Assembly (NCBI GenBank): GCA_030770535.1
Contig: JASVEC010000001.1
Location: 310,001 to 374,000 of the forward strand
Source: Batkoa obscura
Taxonomy: Eukaryota
Length of the DNA: 64,000 bases
Direction of reading: 5' to 3'
This document shows positions 37,575 to 51,153 of this stretch, piece after piece. A program made the position numbers and the translations under genes. Position 1 is the first letter of the stretch, and each line of letters begins with the position of its first letter. The notes below the pieces were generated by a model. That model saw only the letters and a program-made list of their open reading frames with translations, had not been told where the DNA came from and did not search any database.

Positions 37575-37636
37575 TGATATAAAATATAAATGATATAAAC
37601 GATATAAATGATATAAATGATATAAATGATATAAAT
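37575..37636. repeat. (GATATAAAT)n 9-bp minisatellite
   Basis: About 6 tandem units. Confidence 0.8.
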
Positions 37637-40126
37637 AGTTCAGAATAATAGATATAAATAAATCTTTAGAATATGCAAAAATTTGGATGTAAAATTTATT
37701 CAATTTTCTCAAATAATATTTTGAACAAATTGCTTTAACCTTAAGTTCTATTTTGTAAAAAGCTGTGTGATAAGAAATCTAAATCATTATGAAATAAATT
37801 ATCAGTCTATTAGATATTAAACCTTTTATTTTTATTAAACTAATAAATTATTTATTAAAACATTCAAAATTACTAAAAACAGAGTAATACATTTTCTATA
37901 ACAAAATATATTAATTGCTCTTTTGAAATTTTTTTATTACTAATGATATAATTCAAAATCTCATTTGGTATGTTTTAAGCTAAAGGTGCTTTGGTATCAT
38001 AAGAACATGAATAAAGCTCCATACCATGCGTTATAATCAAATTAAATCTAAGTACTAATTTAAAAATACTCAAATAAAAATTGCGTTTATTGCAACTTTA
38101 CTATGATTTCAAATAGACATCGCTGTTTATCGCTTCTTTATAGGATCATGTATTAAGTCAACTTATAAATATCACAATATGGTCATGTATATCACAACTA
38201 GGACTATTTAAGCTACTTACGAGGTCTAATAAATTAATATTTCATTCAATATCACTAGGCTGAACATCATTTAAGATAAGTAATAATACATTGATTGGGT
38301 ATATTTTAAAATGATATATTTATTTATTCCTTACATAGTGTGATGGTAATTTATGTTCGCATTTTAGATGCCCACGTAGTCCATAACATTGAGCATACTA
38401 ATGTGGTATAAAAGTTTTATTTCTTATCTAAGCGGATAAACCAATACTTTTTTTATCTATAATACACAAATTCACTAAATTCGAAATATCTTTATAATAT
38501 GTATTCTGTAGCAAATTTCACCTGATGGCTAATGAACTCATTGTTTAAAAGTTAATAAAGCTGATGGTCAATACTGTTATTAATATAATTGATGCACTAT
38601 TATTTTAGAAATGCAGAGTTATACTTATTTAATACTGAAAGATAAAACTATTCTATCATAAATCTTATTAGTTATAATAAATCTTGGCTTTAAGTAGCAT
38701 TAAAGTTTAATGTTTTGTCTAACACTGTATCAAAAGGGCGAAGCTTTGGTAGAACTATTCTCAGGGTTCTCAGTTTGTAAGCGTTCTAAAATAGCTTAAG
38801 TAAACTTCTATAAAATAGCCTGAGTTGAACTTTATTGCTATTTTGAGCATAAAAAAACGGGCCGAATTTGAAAGCACTTAAGAAATCAAAATTTTTTTTA
38901 TAATACTATTAAATACTTTAAATATATTATTTAGCATAAACTTAAATATTAATATTAATAAAATTATACTATAAAATTATCATTGAGATTATACTTTACT
39001 ACCTACTAATACTTTGTTTTTTCCATAACGGAAGATATTCGAATAAGCTCTATAAAGTCAAAATTTTCCTCATTTAAGCAATATGGCATTCGAAAACTTG
39101 TAGGTAATTATTTTAAGCCTATTTCACCAGTAACAGGTACAGCTAAGCCTAAATAAATATGGGTGAAAAAGGTAGGCTAGCTTATTTTAAGCCTTCTAGG
39201 CATTTGTAGCACCCTTTCAGTAGAGAGTAAGGTTAATGTTTTACTTTAAACTTAAATTATATAATCCATATTTTCATAAATACAGAGTTGTTAATCTATT
39301 GAGTTTCACTCCCCCTAATCTTTAAAGCTTTGCAATTAAAGCTTAATATATTGAAAGGCCTAGAAATATTATAAATTAAAATAGGCTCATATAAAACCTT
39401 GAAGCTAAATATAGTAATATGATTTCCCCACTCTAATTTAGAATTTTGCAGTTTTTATCATTTATTCATAATGTAATGAGCGCTAATCAAACACATTTTT
39501 AACTATCTCAGTGCCAAATCGGGACCTAAACCACTATGCTTTTATAGCTTATAAGTAATTCTTGTAGGTTAAATTTGATAACATGTATATCTGCTACGTA
39601 TTACAAGTTATATTATAAACATGACTTAAAGCAATGTAAACAATGCATATTTAAGCTATTATTTCTTTACTACATTAAGATTTTCAATTACAAAAATAGA
39701 CTATAAATACAAATATAAATAAAATGATTTGATAGGGCAAATAGGCATTTAAACAAATAAGGATGAGGAGTTTTACTATTTTAATTATTATCTATAAATT
39801 CTTTTCATATCAAAACGAAGAGTGTGATCAAAACAGGAATTTTATAAAATCACCAAAATAAAATGAATAATTCTGTGTAAGTTAAGAGAAATACCAAATT
39901 TGTATTGCTAAGGTCATAGCTTTTTACTTGATCATGCTTATCTAAAAATAATGTTAATCTAAACGTCTTATTTGATTGGTCAAGTTTTATTAACTCTTTA
40001 AAATTGGTATTAACTAAGATAACGAAATGATATATAAAGGGTCTGAAAATACAAAAATTTTAAAAAACAATTTGCATATTTATTATAACAGTATTCTAAA
40101 TACTTTTTTCAAATCTTCGTTACAAA

Positions 40127-40546
40127 ATGAAAGTTTCTTTTAACCAAGTCGATAATATTAAACCATTTAAACCACGTACCTACATTCCTAATGTAGTTAG
40201 AGCAAGAACAAAGCTCACTGAAGAGCAATTCGAGATTTTGGAAGCCTTATACAAGAAGGATTGCAATCCTTTATTAGCTATTAGAAGGGATCTCGGCAAA
40301 CGATTAAATTTACCACAAAGAGCGATTCAGATTTGGTTTCAAAATCGCAGAGCCAAATCTGTCAAAATAAATGAACCCGTCACCACTCAAAGAACACAAA
40401 AATTAGCTAAAGATCACTCCAACTATTCCTCCAAGACACCCAATTTAAGCTCTCTTTTAAGCAGCGAATCCGATAATGAACCTAAACAAAGAATATCCGA
40501 ATATTGGATGACAACAATGTCATGCTCCAAAGTTATTCCATATTGA
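40127..40546 (+). CDS. Small homeodomain transcription factor
   Basis: RARTKLTEEQFEILE...R.DLGKRLNLPQRAIQIWFQNRRAK; TATATAAA about 95 bp upstream. Confidence 0.9.
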   Translation: MKVSFNQVDNIKPFKPRTYIPNVVRARTKLTEEQFEILEALYKKDCNPLLAIRRDLGKRLNLPQRAIQIWFQNRRAKSVKINEPVTTQRTQKLAKDHSNYSSKTPNLSSLLSSESDNEPKQRISEYWMTTMSCSKVIPY

Positions 40547-41699
40547 ATATCTAAATTTCCTTCTACTTTATTATTTAACTGAATCAATGTACCATAACTA
40601 CTTGGTTACATAAAACTTCCCTGTATATTTAATGTTAATAAAATTTTTCCAAGTTTGCATCAGATTGTTTAATTTTCAAATATTTTTATCATGATTTAAT
40701 ATTTCAACCCTGATATTTACATCATATTTAAAAATATAATAAAATTTATTGTAAAAATAACATCACCCTTTTATAAATTGCAGTTGAAACTATAAATACG
40801 AGCTATTGAACCTTTTATTAAATGTTTGAACCTTTCTATCGTATTTGCTATATTTATTTTTAGATCAAAATTCTCCTTTATTTTATCTTTATATTAATTT
40901 CATCTTTTTATGCAAATAAAATTATAATTAAACTAAAAACTTGTCATATTTATTATTTACAAAAGTTATTCTATTTTAATCTCATTGAGTAAATAATAAT
41001 ACCAGGAATATACCAGAATGTCAATAATCTGCACACACTAAGTAAAATAAAAGATAACTACTTGGCAAATTTACATGTGGAAAGATTCTTATCTTCAGCA
41101 TTTTAATAACTATATAAATGTGTAAAAAATACTAGTAAAAAACTCCTTTTTATAATAACTAAGAATAATCCGCCCATTATCATTGAAGATTCTACAAAAA
41201 AATATAATATCACGCAATCCCACCTTAAATAAACTCTATATTGATATTGTATTGCTTTATTTTAAATTGAAGGATCACTTTTTTTGTATGTATTAATAAT
41301 ACTGCTTGTGTTATTAAATCCTCATTTTATATATTTGTTAACAATGGATTTTAAGTAGTTTATTCTTATAATATTCCACTTTAAGCTATCAATTTATCAC
41401 TAAGTTTAATACATGTGCAAAATAAGTTATTTTAACAATAACAAAAACTTAAAGATAAAACTTATCTTTAAATATTCAAAACTAGATAGTTAGATATCTG
41501 AATTCCTATTTTGATATATCGTAAATATATAAATAGTACTTTCTAAGTTATATTTTGAAAGTTGAAAAATAATACAATATTATTAATAAATTTTTTTTAA
41601 AATTTTGTTTTTTAAAGACCGAGTTTATTTTTGAAAAATAGTTGAATATTTTGAATTTACAATTTTTAACATAATTATGCCGATTTAAAAGAACTATTT

Positions 41700-41796
41700 G
41701 GCTTTATTTTTATGTTTAAGAATTTTACTAACAATTTTTCCGCTCAAATAGCACTTAAAGAACGGAAAAAGTGATAAAATAAAAAAAAGCATCCCC
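41700..41796 (+). mobile_element. ~98-bp MITE
   Basis: Left end decayed; ATTT TSD. Confidence 0.8.
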
Positions 41797-42135
41797 ATTT
41801 ATTTTATTATTTGAAAATTTAAAAACTTTTCAATTAGCTCCTATTTTATAATTTAAATGCTTCTAATCTACAAAAATAAACTTCAATTTTAGGTTGAAAA
41901 CCTTGTATAATAATAATAAAGTATAAACTATATTTTGTAAACTAAATCAAAAATACTCCAAATATAAACAAAAGTAATTTGATTATTATAAAACAAAATT
42001 TAGCTTTTAGTTATCATAGTTTAATGATAATGTTAATAAACAATTTGTTATTGCTTTTTTCCATACGTATTCAATTTTAAATTAAAATAGAAACCCCCTT
42101 AAACTAATTAAGACTAATAAGTCGATTCACAACAT

Positions 42136-43620
42136 TTAGTAAAATTGTAAATTGAAAGAGTATTTAATTAAATCCTTACATTTACTAGTCATATTCTCGT
42201 GGTTGATTAAATTTATATTCATTGCAGCTTTGACATACGTTTTCATAGGTAACATAGTGGCACCATCATCAATCTTTTGTGAATAATAAGATGTTTCAGT
42301 ATTATAGTAATTCTTGTTAACATCTAGTGGATTAATTGGCTCAATATGTATAGGCTCGGTAATCATACTTAGAGGTCTCTGTTTATTTTATATTTATATA
42401 ATGTAAATGATATAGCTGCTGAAATTAAAATAACTTCACTTATTCCTCCTATAATTCCTCCAATCAACAAGTTATTATTATTATTACCTGTTTTATTTAT
42501 CTCCTTATCTTTGTTCTTATCCTTATTGGTATTTGTATTAATAGTCAATGTCAGTATATCGCTTATTTGGTCCCAATTAGTGACATTAAATATTTGTATT
42601 GCCATTTGACTTTTGAGAGAATGCGTCAGAAATAGGTTTAATTGATTTATTATTAAATGAATGATTAGGATTATTGATATTGATTAAAGTATAGCCAAAA
42701 GAGTTTATTAAATAATCCTTATAAGCAATAAAGCATCCTCCATTATTTAATGCAATTGTAGTGTTTAATTGTTTAAATTTGAACGATTGAAATTGGAACG
42801 GAACTCATAAATATTGACTTGAACTTTACTATCTTTCAAAATAAAATAAACTGATTTATCAAACTTTATAATAGAAAAACTCATATCATACTTAAAATCA
42901 ACCTTATTTTTCTTTATTTTATAGGTTGTTAAACATAATTCATATAATACTTTAACTTAAGCTGTCTTTCAAAAAAATAAAATTTATTGTTATTAATAAA
43001 AAGCTGCTTTATACAAAATCCTTTAGGTGGTTGATAAATTGTCTTCACCACCTTGGTTTGAGTATTAGATAACATTAACTTTGTTGGTAAAGTTGGTGTG
43101 GTTAAAAATTCATTAAAAATGTAAAGTTCGTTTAAATCCTTTTCATTTAGTAAAATATCAAATCTTTGATGATACTCAATACGGTCTTTCCAAAAATTTG
43201 ATGTATTATTTAAGTAATAAACCTGTTTAATAAAATATTCATTATCCTACTGCTTTTTTTCAATATCAAAATAACTATACTTCATCTTCATATAATCAAT
43301 ATCATCATAAAAAGTTATCAATTTTTTGTTTCCAATATAAAAAAGTGCAAGTTATGGTAATATAAACTTTGGTGGGTTAATTATATTATGTATTATCCAT
43401 TCCACGGTATTATCATATATCTTTACTCTTTTTTTCAAATCTAATTGAAATAGTTGTTTATTATCTTGCTTTATTACGTCAATATTTGGTATATGAACCA
43501 ATCCACATAAATAATACAGATCATCCTTTATTATTATACATCCCCTATGTTCTACCCTTGGTATTACTGCATTAGTTTTATGAAATAAAATACTTAAAGA
43601 TAGTAGAAATAATATAATTG
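42136..43620 (-). pseudogene. Decayed secreted kelch-like, single-TM protein gene
   Basis: Signal-like IILFLLSLSILF, then PRVEHRGCIIIKDDLYYLCG..LFQLDLKK..VEW. Several stops and frameshifts. The C-terminal part has IQIFNVTNW and TM LLIGGIIGGI..ISFTLYKYK. Confidence 0.55.
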
Positions 43621-44020
43621 TTAAAGATAGTTAACTAACGTTTTTTTAAAGTTTTTGTGATCTTTACTCTTTAGTTTGTTTTGAATTTATTAAAATTTCA
43701 TCATGTTTTTATAGTATATTATAATTTCCTAAATCATTAATTTAATTAATTAATTCAATTTGTTAAAACGTCGTACACCACTCCATTTATAGCTTAATTT
43801 TCTATACTCTTGTCCCCTTCATATCTAACATTTTTTTCTTACATTTCAATATTACCAACTTTGTGCAAGAGTTAAAAATTCAATTATTCTAAAGGAGAAA
43901 CTGTATCATACAAAAATTATAAAATTTGATTCAATTCTCAAGACAATTATAAGACCAAAGTTGCATTTAAATGAATAACAAAAAATAAATAAACAATATA
44001 AGTTTACTCTACAATCTTAT

Positions 44021-44949
44021 TTATTCAAATTGAGTGTTACCACCTTTAGTAACAATTCTATAAACTTTTCCGCTTTCAGATGACTTTTCCCCACAAGAGT
44101 AAGCATACAATTCACTTTAACTATTAGTATATATATATTGAATTACAATATGATTACCTAGCAATATGAGAAAGAGGAGTCCAGCTTGAAAAATCAGAAG
44201 ATGGCATATCTTTACGATTATTAGGCGTATCAAGCATAACTCTAAGATTCATATTTAAAATAAGTAGATATAAATATAAATATATTTTTACGGTGCAATG
44301 GCAATAGTCTTAGCTCCTTTTGGTAAACCGGAATTGTCTTGTGCTAAAGAGGCAGTTAACTGATGGACTGCTGCTTTGGCCATACCATAACCAATGGCAA
44401 ATGAACTACCACCCAATGCCCCAGCAGCACCAGTTAATACTAAGAGACCGTTTCTAATAATTAAATAATTAAAGTGAATAAAAATAAAAATAAAAAATTA
44501 TACTCTTTAAGGTATTTTGATGAAATATGGGAAGCGATCAAAGAAGAGTTGACACTTTGTTTCCACATTAATTCTGAAGTTTCAAAGAGTTCTAATATAA
44601 TTAGAAAAAAACAAATTGAATTATTAATAGAAACTCACCATTAGAAGAAGCGTTTCCCATAGCAAAACCACCAGCTACATTAATAATTGCATCAAATTTT
44701 CCAATCGATGAGTTTTCAAGTTGTTTTAAAATTTCTTCACTTTGTTCTTTACATTTCTTATTCAAATCTAAAATAATGGATGTTTCAGCTTCGGAATTGG
44801 TACGAGTATCGATAGAGAGTACTTTCTTTAAAATTAATTAGTATATACAATTTTGTTTTATTTTCTATTACCCATGATTTTTGTTTGAAGTAGTTAACTA
44901 AAGTTGATCCTAAAGCTCCGCTTCCTCCATAAATTAATACACTTGACAT
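44021..44949 (-). CDS. QDPR: Dihydropteridine reductase (SDR family), 6 exons
   Basis: Hand-spliced [82 protein letters not shown]. Confidence 0.92.
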
Positions 44950-45388
44950 TTTTGCTATTTGTTAATAAAGATAAAACTATTTTTTTATTCTTAAATTCTT
45001 TGAGTAGATATTCTATTGAAATGAAATTCTATAATATTGGAAGTTGATAGGTTCAAATGAAAGCTGATGTCACTTATTCAAGGTACTGATAAAATTAAAA
45101 TAATCATCACACAAGAATTTTTCCATTATTTTGAAAAAGATTTATTTTTTATACAGTTAAAATAAATAATTTTTATATAATATTTGTTTCTTATCTAATT
45201 GATATAAAATTTATTAATTTATATTAAAAATAGAATTTAAATGGAAATTATTAAAGTCGAAAACTTATTATTTGAGTATTCTTTAAAATTTTATTATATT
45301 AACTATTATTAATTTATTTAATATCATATTAAAAACATAATTTGAAATTATATACTTAGATACTTAGACTTATCTTCAAGTATTATAT

Positions 45389-45486
45389 GGGGGTGTTTTT
45401 TTGGTTTCATTACTTTTTCCATTTTTTAAGTGCTATTTCAGCGGAAAGATTGTTAGTAAAATTCTTAAACAAAAAAATACATCCCC
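45389..45486 (-). mobile_element. ~98-bp MITE
   Basis: Near-perfect GGGG/CCCC ends, ATAT TSD. Confidence 0.88.
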
Positions 45487-45656
45487 ATATATTCAATGTT
45501 CTATATCTCTAAGTTTAAAAGTTTGGTTCAAATTAAAAACAAAATTTATCATTTCACTTATTTGAAATAAAAATATTAAAAAATTATTATTTTATTTTAT
45601 TTTATTTTATTTTATTTTAATAATAATAAAAAAGGTATTATATTCAATTAATATAA

Positions 45657-47138
45657 TTATTTAGGTACATAAAAAAGGACCATTAATAAAAATAAAGCAT
45701 TAGTAATAACAAAACCTAAAAATGCTAACCAACCTGCATATGAAAGTAGTAATGGGAAAATTAATGTTACTAAAAAACTTATACTATATAAATAAAAATA
45801 AAAATCTTATTAATATACTAATAATAATAATGATAATAACTTACATCCAATTCAAACATAATGCAATACCCGAGATAAAATCTAAATAAATCTTGGGTAC
45901 TAATTCAGGTAACATAATATAAGATAAAGATAATAATCCAAAATTATAAAAAACAATAAAAATTAATACTAAAAATAAAACTATTATTAATATCATTAAT
46001 TAATTAAAAGTATAAAAAAGCACTTACTAGCCACAATCTGAACGATTCCATTTTTAAAATAAGCAGCAATTAATATAATTAACCAAGCTAATGTTTGAAT
46101 AATGGCACCTAATAATAATAAAGTTTTACGATGAAATTTATCAACTATAAAAGTGGTCACTAAAGAAGCTAATAATGTAATTGCAGCTACACCAATAATA
46201 GCCGAATAAGCATCGGCTGGACTTAAATTTTGTTGTAATATTGATAAAGAATAAAACAATAATGCAGAAATACCACAAATTTCTTGAAAACAAATTAAAC
46301 TAATGGCTAATAAACAATTATGAAATATTGTTTTATCTTTAAATATAGTCTTATAACTTATAATTGAATTCTTTTCTTCATTTAGTTCAAGTAATATATT
46401 CTTCATTTCATTTTCAATATTATATCCTTTTCTTAATAATTTTAAATTTGTTTCAGCTAAACTTAATTCCTTCTTTAATACTAACGTTTTTGGTGATTCA
46501 ATAATTTGAACTGTTAATATCAATTGAACGAATCCAATGACTGCAATAAACGCTAAATAAATACGCCAATTAATACCTTTTTCGATCATAATACCTAAGA
46601 TCATAGAAACAAAATAACCTAAAGAAATAGCTACACAAGTCAATGAGGAAATAGCACCATGGAGTTGGATGGTAGCAATATCTCCTAAATAAGTAGGTAA
46701 TATAACTGTTGAAAACCCAATAGCAATCCCAATTAAGATTCTTCCAATTAACAATTGAAGAAATCCATAAGCTGAGGCTAATAAGATACCACCAATAATA
46801 TAGATAATTGGGGGTATAAAAAAGGATTTTTTATAACCTAAGCGATGGATCGAATACCCACTTAATAAAGATCCTATTAAAGCACCAATAGCTATGATTC
46901 CTATTATTAAACTCCATTCAAATTCATCTAATTCAATACATGTAACAGAAGATTGTGTATTACAATCACTTATATAAGTAGCCATTAAGTTAGAGACAGC
47001 TAAATTATAACCCATATTAAAACAGGTTAAACTAGCTATTAAAGAGATTATCGTTAATTGTTTCGTTAATTTACATGTTACGGAATCAGGTTCTTGTGGA
47101 TCTATATGAGTTATAGAATCAGGATTTGTATGATACAT
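45657..47138 (-). CDS. MFS sugar-porter family transporter (3 exons)
   Basis: FNMGYN, RLGYKK, GRILIGIAIG, ESPKTL, FQEICGI, VDKFHRKTL. Exons 47138-46028, 45968-45845 and 45783-45657. Confidence 0.88.
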
Positions 47139-47958
47139 AATAGTTTATGATATTGAAGATACTTTAATATTTCAATAGATTTTGTTATTATTAAATATAA
47201 AAAAAGGAATTGAATTTTAATTAAAATATTTCAATGTTTCAAACAAGGTGGAGTATTTATATTGAATTGAATGAATTTTTATAATATTATTATTAATAAG
47301 TTAATAAATTAATAAATTAACAAAAATAAAATTATTAATAAACTTTAAATAAAATTAATTAAAAAGAGGACAAAATTTATTTTTTATTTTTTTATAATTT
47401 TTCTTTTATTTGGTAACTAAAATGATTATTTAGCATAAAGTGAAGTGGAAAATCTAACCAATCTAGAAAGTAGCATGAATTTATAAATTTAAAGTCAAAC
47501 TTTACTTTTATTTAATTTTTATTTTCCACTTCAATGTTCTTTGAATATTTAAAATTTATTTAATGTGTTATGATTTGATATTAAAAAAACAAGTTATTAA
47601 CCATAATATTTCAGCTGTCAAGTATAAATATTAAATATTAAATATTAAATATTAAATTGACTATATTAATTTATTTTTTAATTCTTTTATCTTTTTAAAC
47701 TTAGTATAGTATTTTTACTTATTAATTTATCATAATATATTTCCATTACGATCACTGGTTTAAATCTTAAGATACAATAATATTTATTTTTGTAATTATT
47801 AAATATTTATAAATAAATGCAATATAATATAGTATCTCATTAAATGTTCTTGTTCATTAGAATATCATTTATTCTTTTATATATAATTATTAAGATTTAA
47901 TAACAAATAAAAAGGTTTATTATTGGATATACTTAATATCTCAAATTTATATTGATAT

Positions 47959-48057
47959 GAGGATGTTTTTTTTGGTTTCATTATTTTTTCTATCTTTTAA
48001 GCGCTATTTAAGTGGAAAAATTGTTAGTAAAATTCTTAAACATAAAAATACATCCCC
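47959..48057 (-). mobile_element. ~98-bp MITE
   Basis: Full length, ATAT TSD. Confidence 0.88.
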
Positions 48058-48286
48058 ATATATTTCATTTTAAAATAAGTTTTAATGAAATTCAATATAA
48101 TAAGGTTTAATTTACATTTTAAAAACATTAATATTGATAATCAAATATTATAAATTTCAACATTAAAAAAAAATGATTGTTTTTATTAAATTTAATAATC
48201 TATTATTTAATATTATTTTAGTTTTATTTTAAAATGATAAAAATTAAATTCTTTTTTATTTATTAACTAAATTTAATTAAATAAAT

Positions 48287-48383
48287 AGAGGTGTTTTTTT
48301 TGACTTGATCACTTTTTCCATCTTTTAAGCGCTATTTGAGTGGAAAGACTTTTAGTAAAATTCTTAAACAAAAAAATATCTCC
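48287..48383 (-). mobile_element. ~98-bp MITE
   Basis: Full length, AAAT flanks. Confidence 0.82.
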
Positions 48384-48880
48384 AAATATTTAACTATTGT
48401 GAATAAAAATTTGATTGGAAATTATTAATTGAATTAAGAACTGTAGTAATTGAAATTATGATAATAAATTAAAATAAATTAAAATACCATTTATAAATAA
48501 ATATAGTAAATATAACAAATATGATAAATATTTAATTATAATAATGTCTTTATTATTAATATAATAAATTCTTAAAAGCTACTAACAAGGTCTCTTATAT
48601 TAAATTTTTAACTTTTATATTTATTATTGAATTTATATAATCATTCTATAATTGAAATATTATGCTATTACTTTTAATAATAGTAATTATTATTTAGTAA
48701 CTTAATTGATAAATTCTTTAAAATTACTGAAAAGGTTTCTAAATTAAAATATTAAACTTTATTATTATTATTTATATTATAAGCTTCATTATATAGTTAA
48801 AATACAATTAATAATTCAATAATTAATATTTTATTATGAAATAAAAAAAATAAAAATAAAAACATTTAAAATGAGTATAT

Positions 48881-48979
48881 AAGGATGTTTTCTTTTGTTT
48901 CATTACTTTTTTCATTCTTTAAGCGTTATTTGAGTGGAAAAATTACTAGTAAAATTCTTAAACAAAAAAATACATTCAC
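48881..48979 (-). mobile_element. ~98-bp MITE
   Basis: Full length, ATAT TSD; about 50 bp past the GH17 stop codon. Confidence 0.82.
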
Positions 48980-49028
48980 ATATCTATCCTGTGAACTCTA
49001 TTATTACTCATAGCCTTTCCCTCTTCTT

Positions 49029-50132
49029 CTACACACAAGCTTTTTCAGCCCTTAAAGATAATTGATGATGTCTAATTCTATCTTTTGAAAACAAACCAAA
49101 ATGTTTTTCTGCTCCATTAAACAATTTAAATTCTTTCCATTCCGAATCATAAGCTTCAAAAAGATAATAATGAATTTTATAATAATCACATAAACAAATC
49201 AATTTTTTAAAAAAACCTTCTTGTTCTTTAAAACCTGGGACACCTGTGTTATCTACTTGTTGTCCCCCATTAGGCCATCCAGTTTCTCCTATAACAATCG
49301 GTTTATTATGTATTGAATAAATAGATTGAAATTGTAAGTATTGATCTAATACTCGTAAAGCAGCTTCTTTACTTGGATTTAATTTCTGATCAAAATACGG
49401 ATGAATATTTAATAAAATAGCATCTGATTCCTCTGCCAATTCATGATCCCATAAAATAGGTATTTCTGTTGTATATACTGGTATATGTAAATCAAATTCT
49501 TTAACTATTGATTTAACTTTTCTTAACATATTAATTAATTCCATTTTACTTAATGATTTAGTAAATAATTCTTCATTACCAACACAAATACCAATAATAT
49601 TATCCCCCCTTCCTCTCCCTTTACTTCTTAAATATCCTACTTCATCTAATACTTTCTTTAATTCTTTACTTTCAATTTCAAATCTTCCTTCCCCTCTTAC
49701 CCACATACCAATTATTAATTTCATATTAGGTGCTAATCTATTAATACTTGATAATATCATTGATGTTTGATTACAATCCATACCGTATAAATGTAATCTT
49801 GAAGTAATTGGACTTATTAATTTAATATCTTGATCAATTTCTCTTTGAGTTGGACATCTTCCTTCTCGATATGGGGAATAAATCATACCATAAATATTAA
49901 GGTTGGAAGAATCAGTTAAAGTATCAATATTATCTTCAAATTCATTATTAGTACTAGTTAATTGAATTTGTTTTCTATTTAAAATAGGTTGATTTAAGTC
50001 TTGATTAATATTTGATGATGCTATTGATAATTGAGACTTATCAAATTGAATTTTTAAACATTGATTTAAGTTTATAAACAATAATGCTAATGATAATAAT
50101 GATAATAATGATAATGATAATAATGATTTCAT
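49029..50132 (-). CDS. GH17 beta-1,3-glucanase/glucanosyltransferase
   Basis: Signal peptide; YSPY..CPT, LYGMDCNQ, VGNEEL, NIHPYF, IGETGWP, FEAYDSEWK, EKHFG. Confidence 0.92.
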   Translation of the reverse strand: MKSLLSLSLLSLLSLALLFINLNQCLKIQFDKSQLSIASSNINQDLNQPILNRKQIQLTSTNNEFEDNIDTLTDSSNLNIYGMIYSPYREGRCPTQREIDQDIKLISPITSRLHLYGMDCNQTSMILSSINRLAPNMKLIIGMWVRGEGRFEIESKELKKVLDEVGYLRSKGRGRGDNIIGICVGNEELFTKSLSKMELINMLRKVKSIVKEFDLHIPVYTTEIPILWDHELAEESDAILLNIHPYFDQKLNPSKEAALRVLDQYLQFQSIYSIHNKPIVIGETGWPNGGQQVDNTGVPGFKEQEGFFKKLICLCDYYKIHYYLFEAYDSEWKEFKLFNGAEKHFGLFSKDRIRHHQLSLRAEKACV

Positions 50133-50550
50133 GAGATTATTATTATGTTATTAATTAGTATTGTATAGTAATAAAAATAATTAAATTTATTTATTAATAT
50201 TTATTAATATTTATAGATATTTATTTATTTTTATTTTTATTTTTATTTGTATTAAAATTCTTTTTTTTTTCATATTAAAGTTTCATAATTAAATTTCCAA
50301 GTTTCAAATTACTTCTCATTCAATTAGTTGATTTAATAAATCCTTTCCAATTTAAGAAATTGTTCAATTTTAACAACGATTTTATTTTATGTTGGCGGTT
50401 TTGTTTAATTTGATTTAAAAGCTTTTAAATTGATAGCTATTTGATTTTTTAAAGGTGAATTATAAAAATAATTTATTCTATTTTCATAATAAAATTATAG
50501 CTATTTTATTTATATTTGTTTTTCCTTGAAAATAGTTTTACTTTTATTAA

Positions 50551-50705
50551 CCCTTTGAGTGCCAAACATTTTAAAATATATTTTATTCAATTGAATTGAG
50601 ATTTTGTTTAACTGGGATTAATGATTTGATGAACAATGTTTGTCCTAATTTAATTTTACTCTACAAAAATTGGACGAGTACAACTCGTTTATAGTACTCA
50701 AGTGG
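50551..50705. mobile_element. piggyBac-like MITE
   Basis: TTAA|CCCTTTGAGTGC...GTACTCAAGTGG|TTAA with subterminal palindrome ACGAGTACAACTCGT. Confidence 0.6.
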
Positions 50706-51153
50706 TTAAATTATTATTTTAGATTAGCTTAATCTTTCTTTTCTCTTTAAAAATTAAAATTTAGTTTCCTTTAGAAGTAATTTTTTTATAGTAATACTTA
50801 TATCATTAAAAAGTTTTTTAAAATTTCCTTAATTGTTATCAGAGAAAGAACAATTTTGATATTAATTTATGTTTTTCTAATAAATAAATTATCAACAAAG
50901 TATTGTTATAGAATAGAAGGATAATTTCAATTATCATAAGTTTAATCAAATTCATTTTCAACTTTATTATATTAAGATCAACAAATTAACCTTTTATTAA
51001 TATATAAATTATTAAAATGAACAAAAATGAACAAAAATGATTCAAATCTAATTTAAAGAAAGTTCTAGAAATTAATTTTAATAAATTAAATTATAAACCT
51101 AAAAAATATCGATTTTTTATTTTTTAATACAACAAAAGTAGTAAATCGAATAA

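Noticed and set aside
5205..50132. Cell-wall gene cluster (chitin deacetylase, chitin synthase, GH17)
   Set aside because: The genes are about 20 kb apart with unrelated genes between them, and these families are usually multi-copy in such fungi, so co-occurrence is unremarkable.
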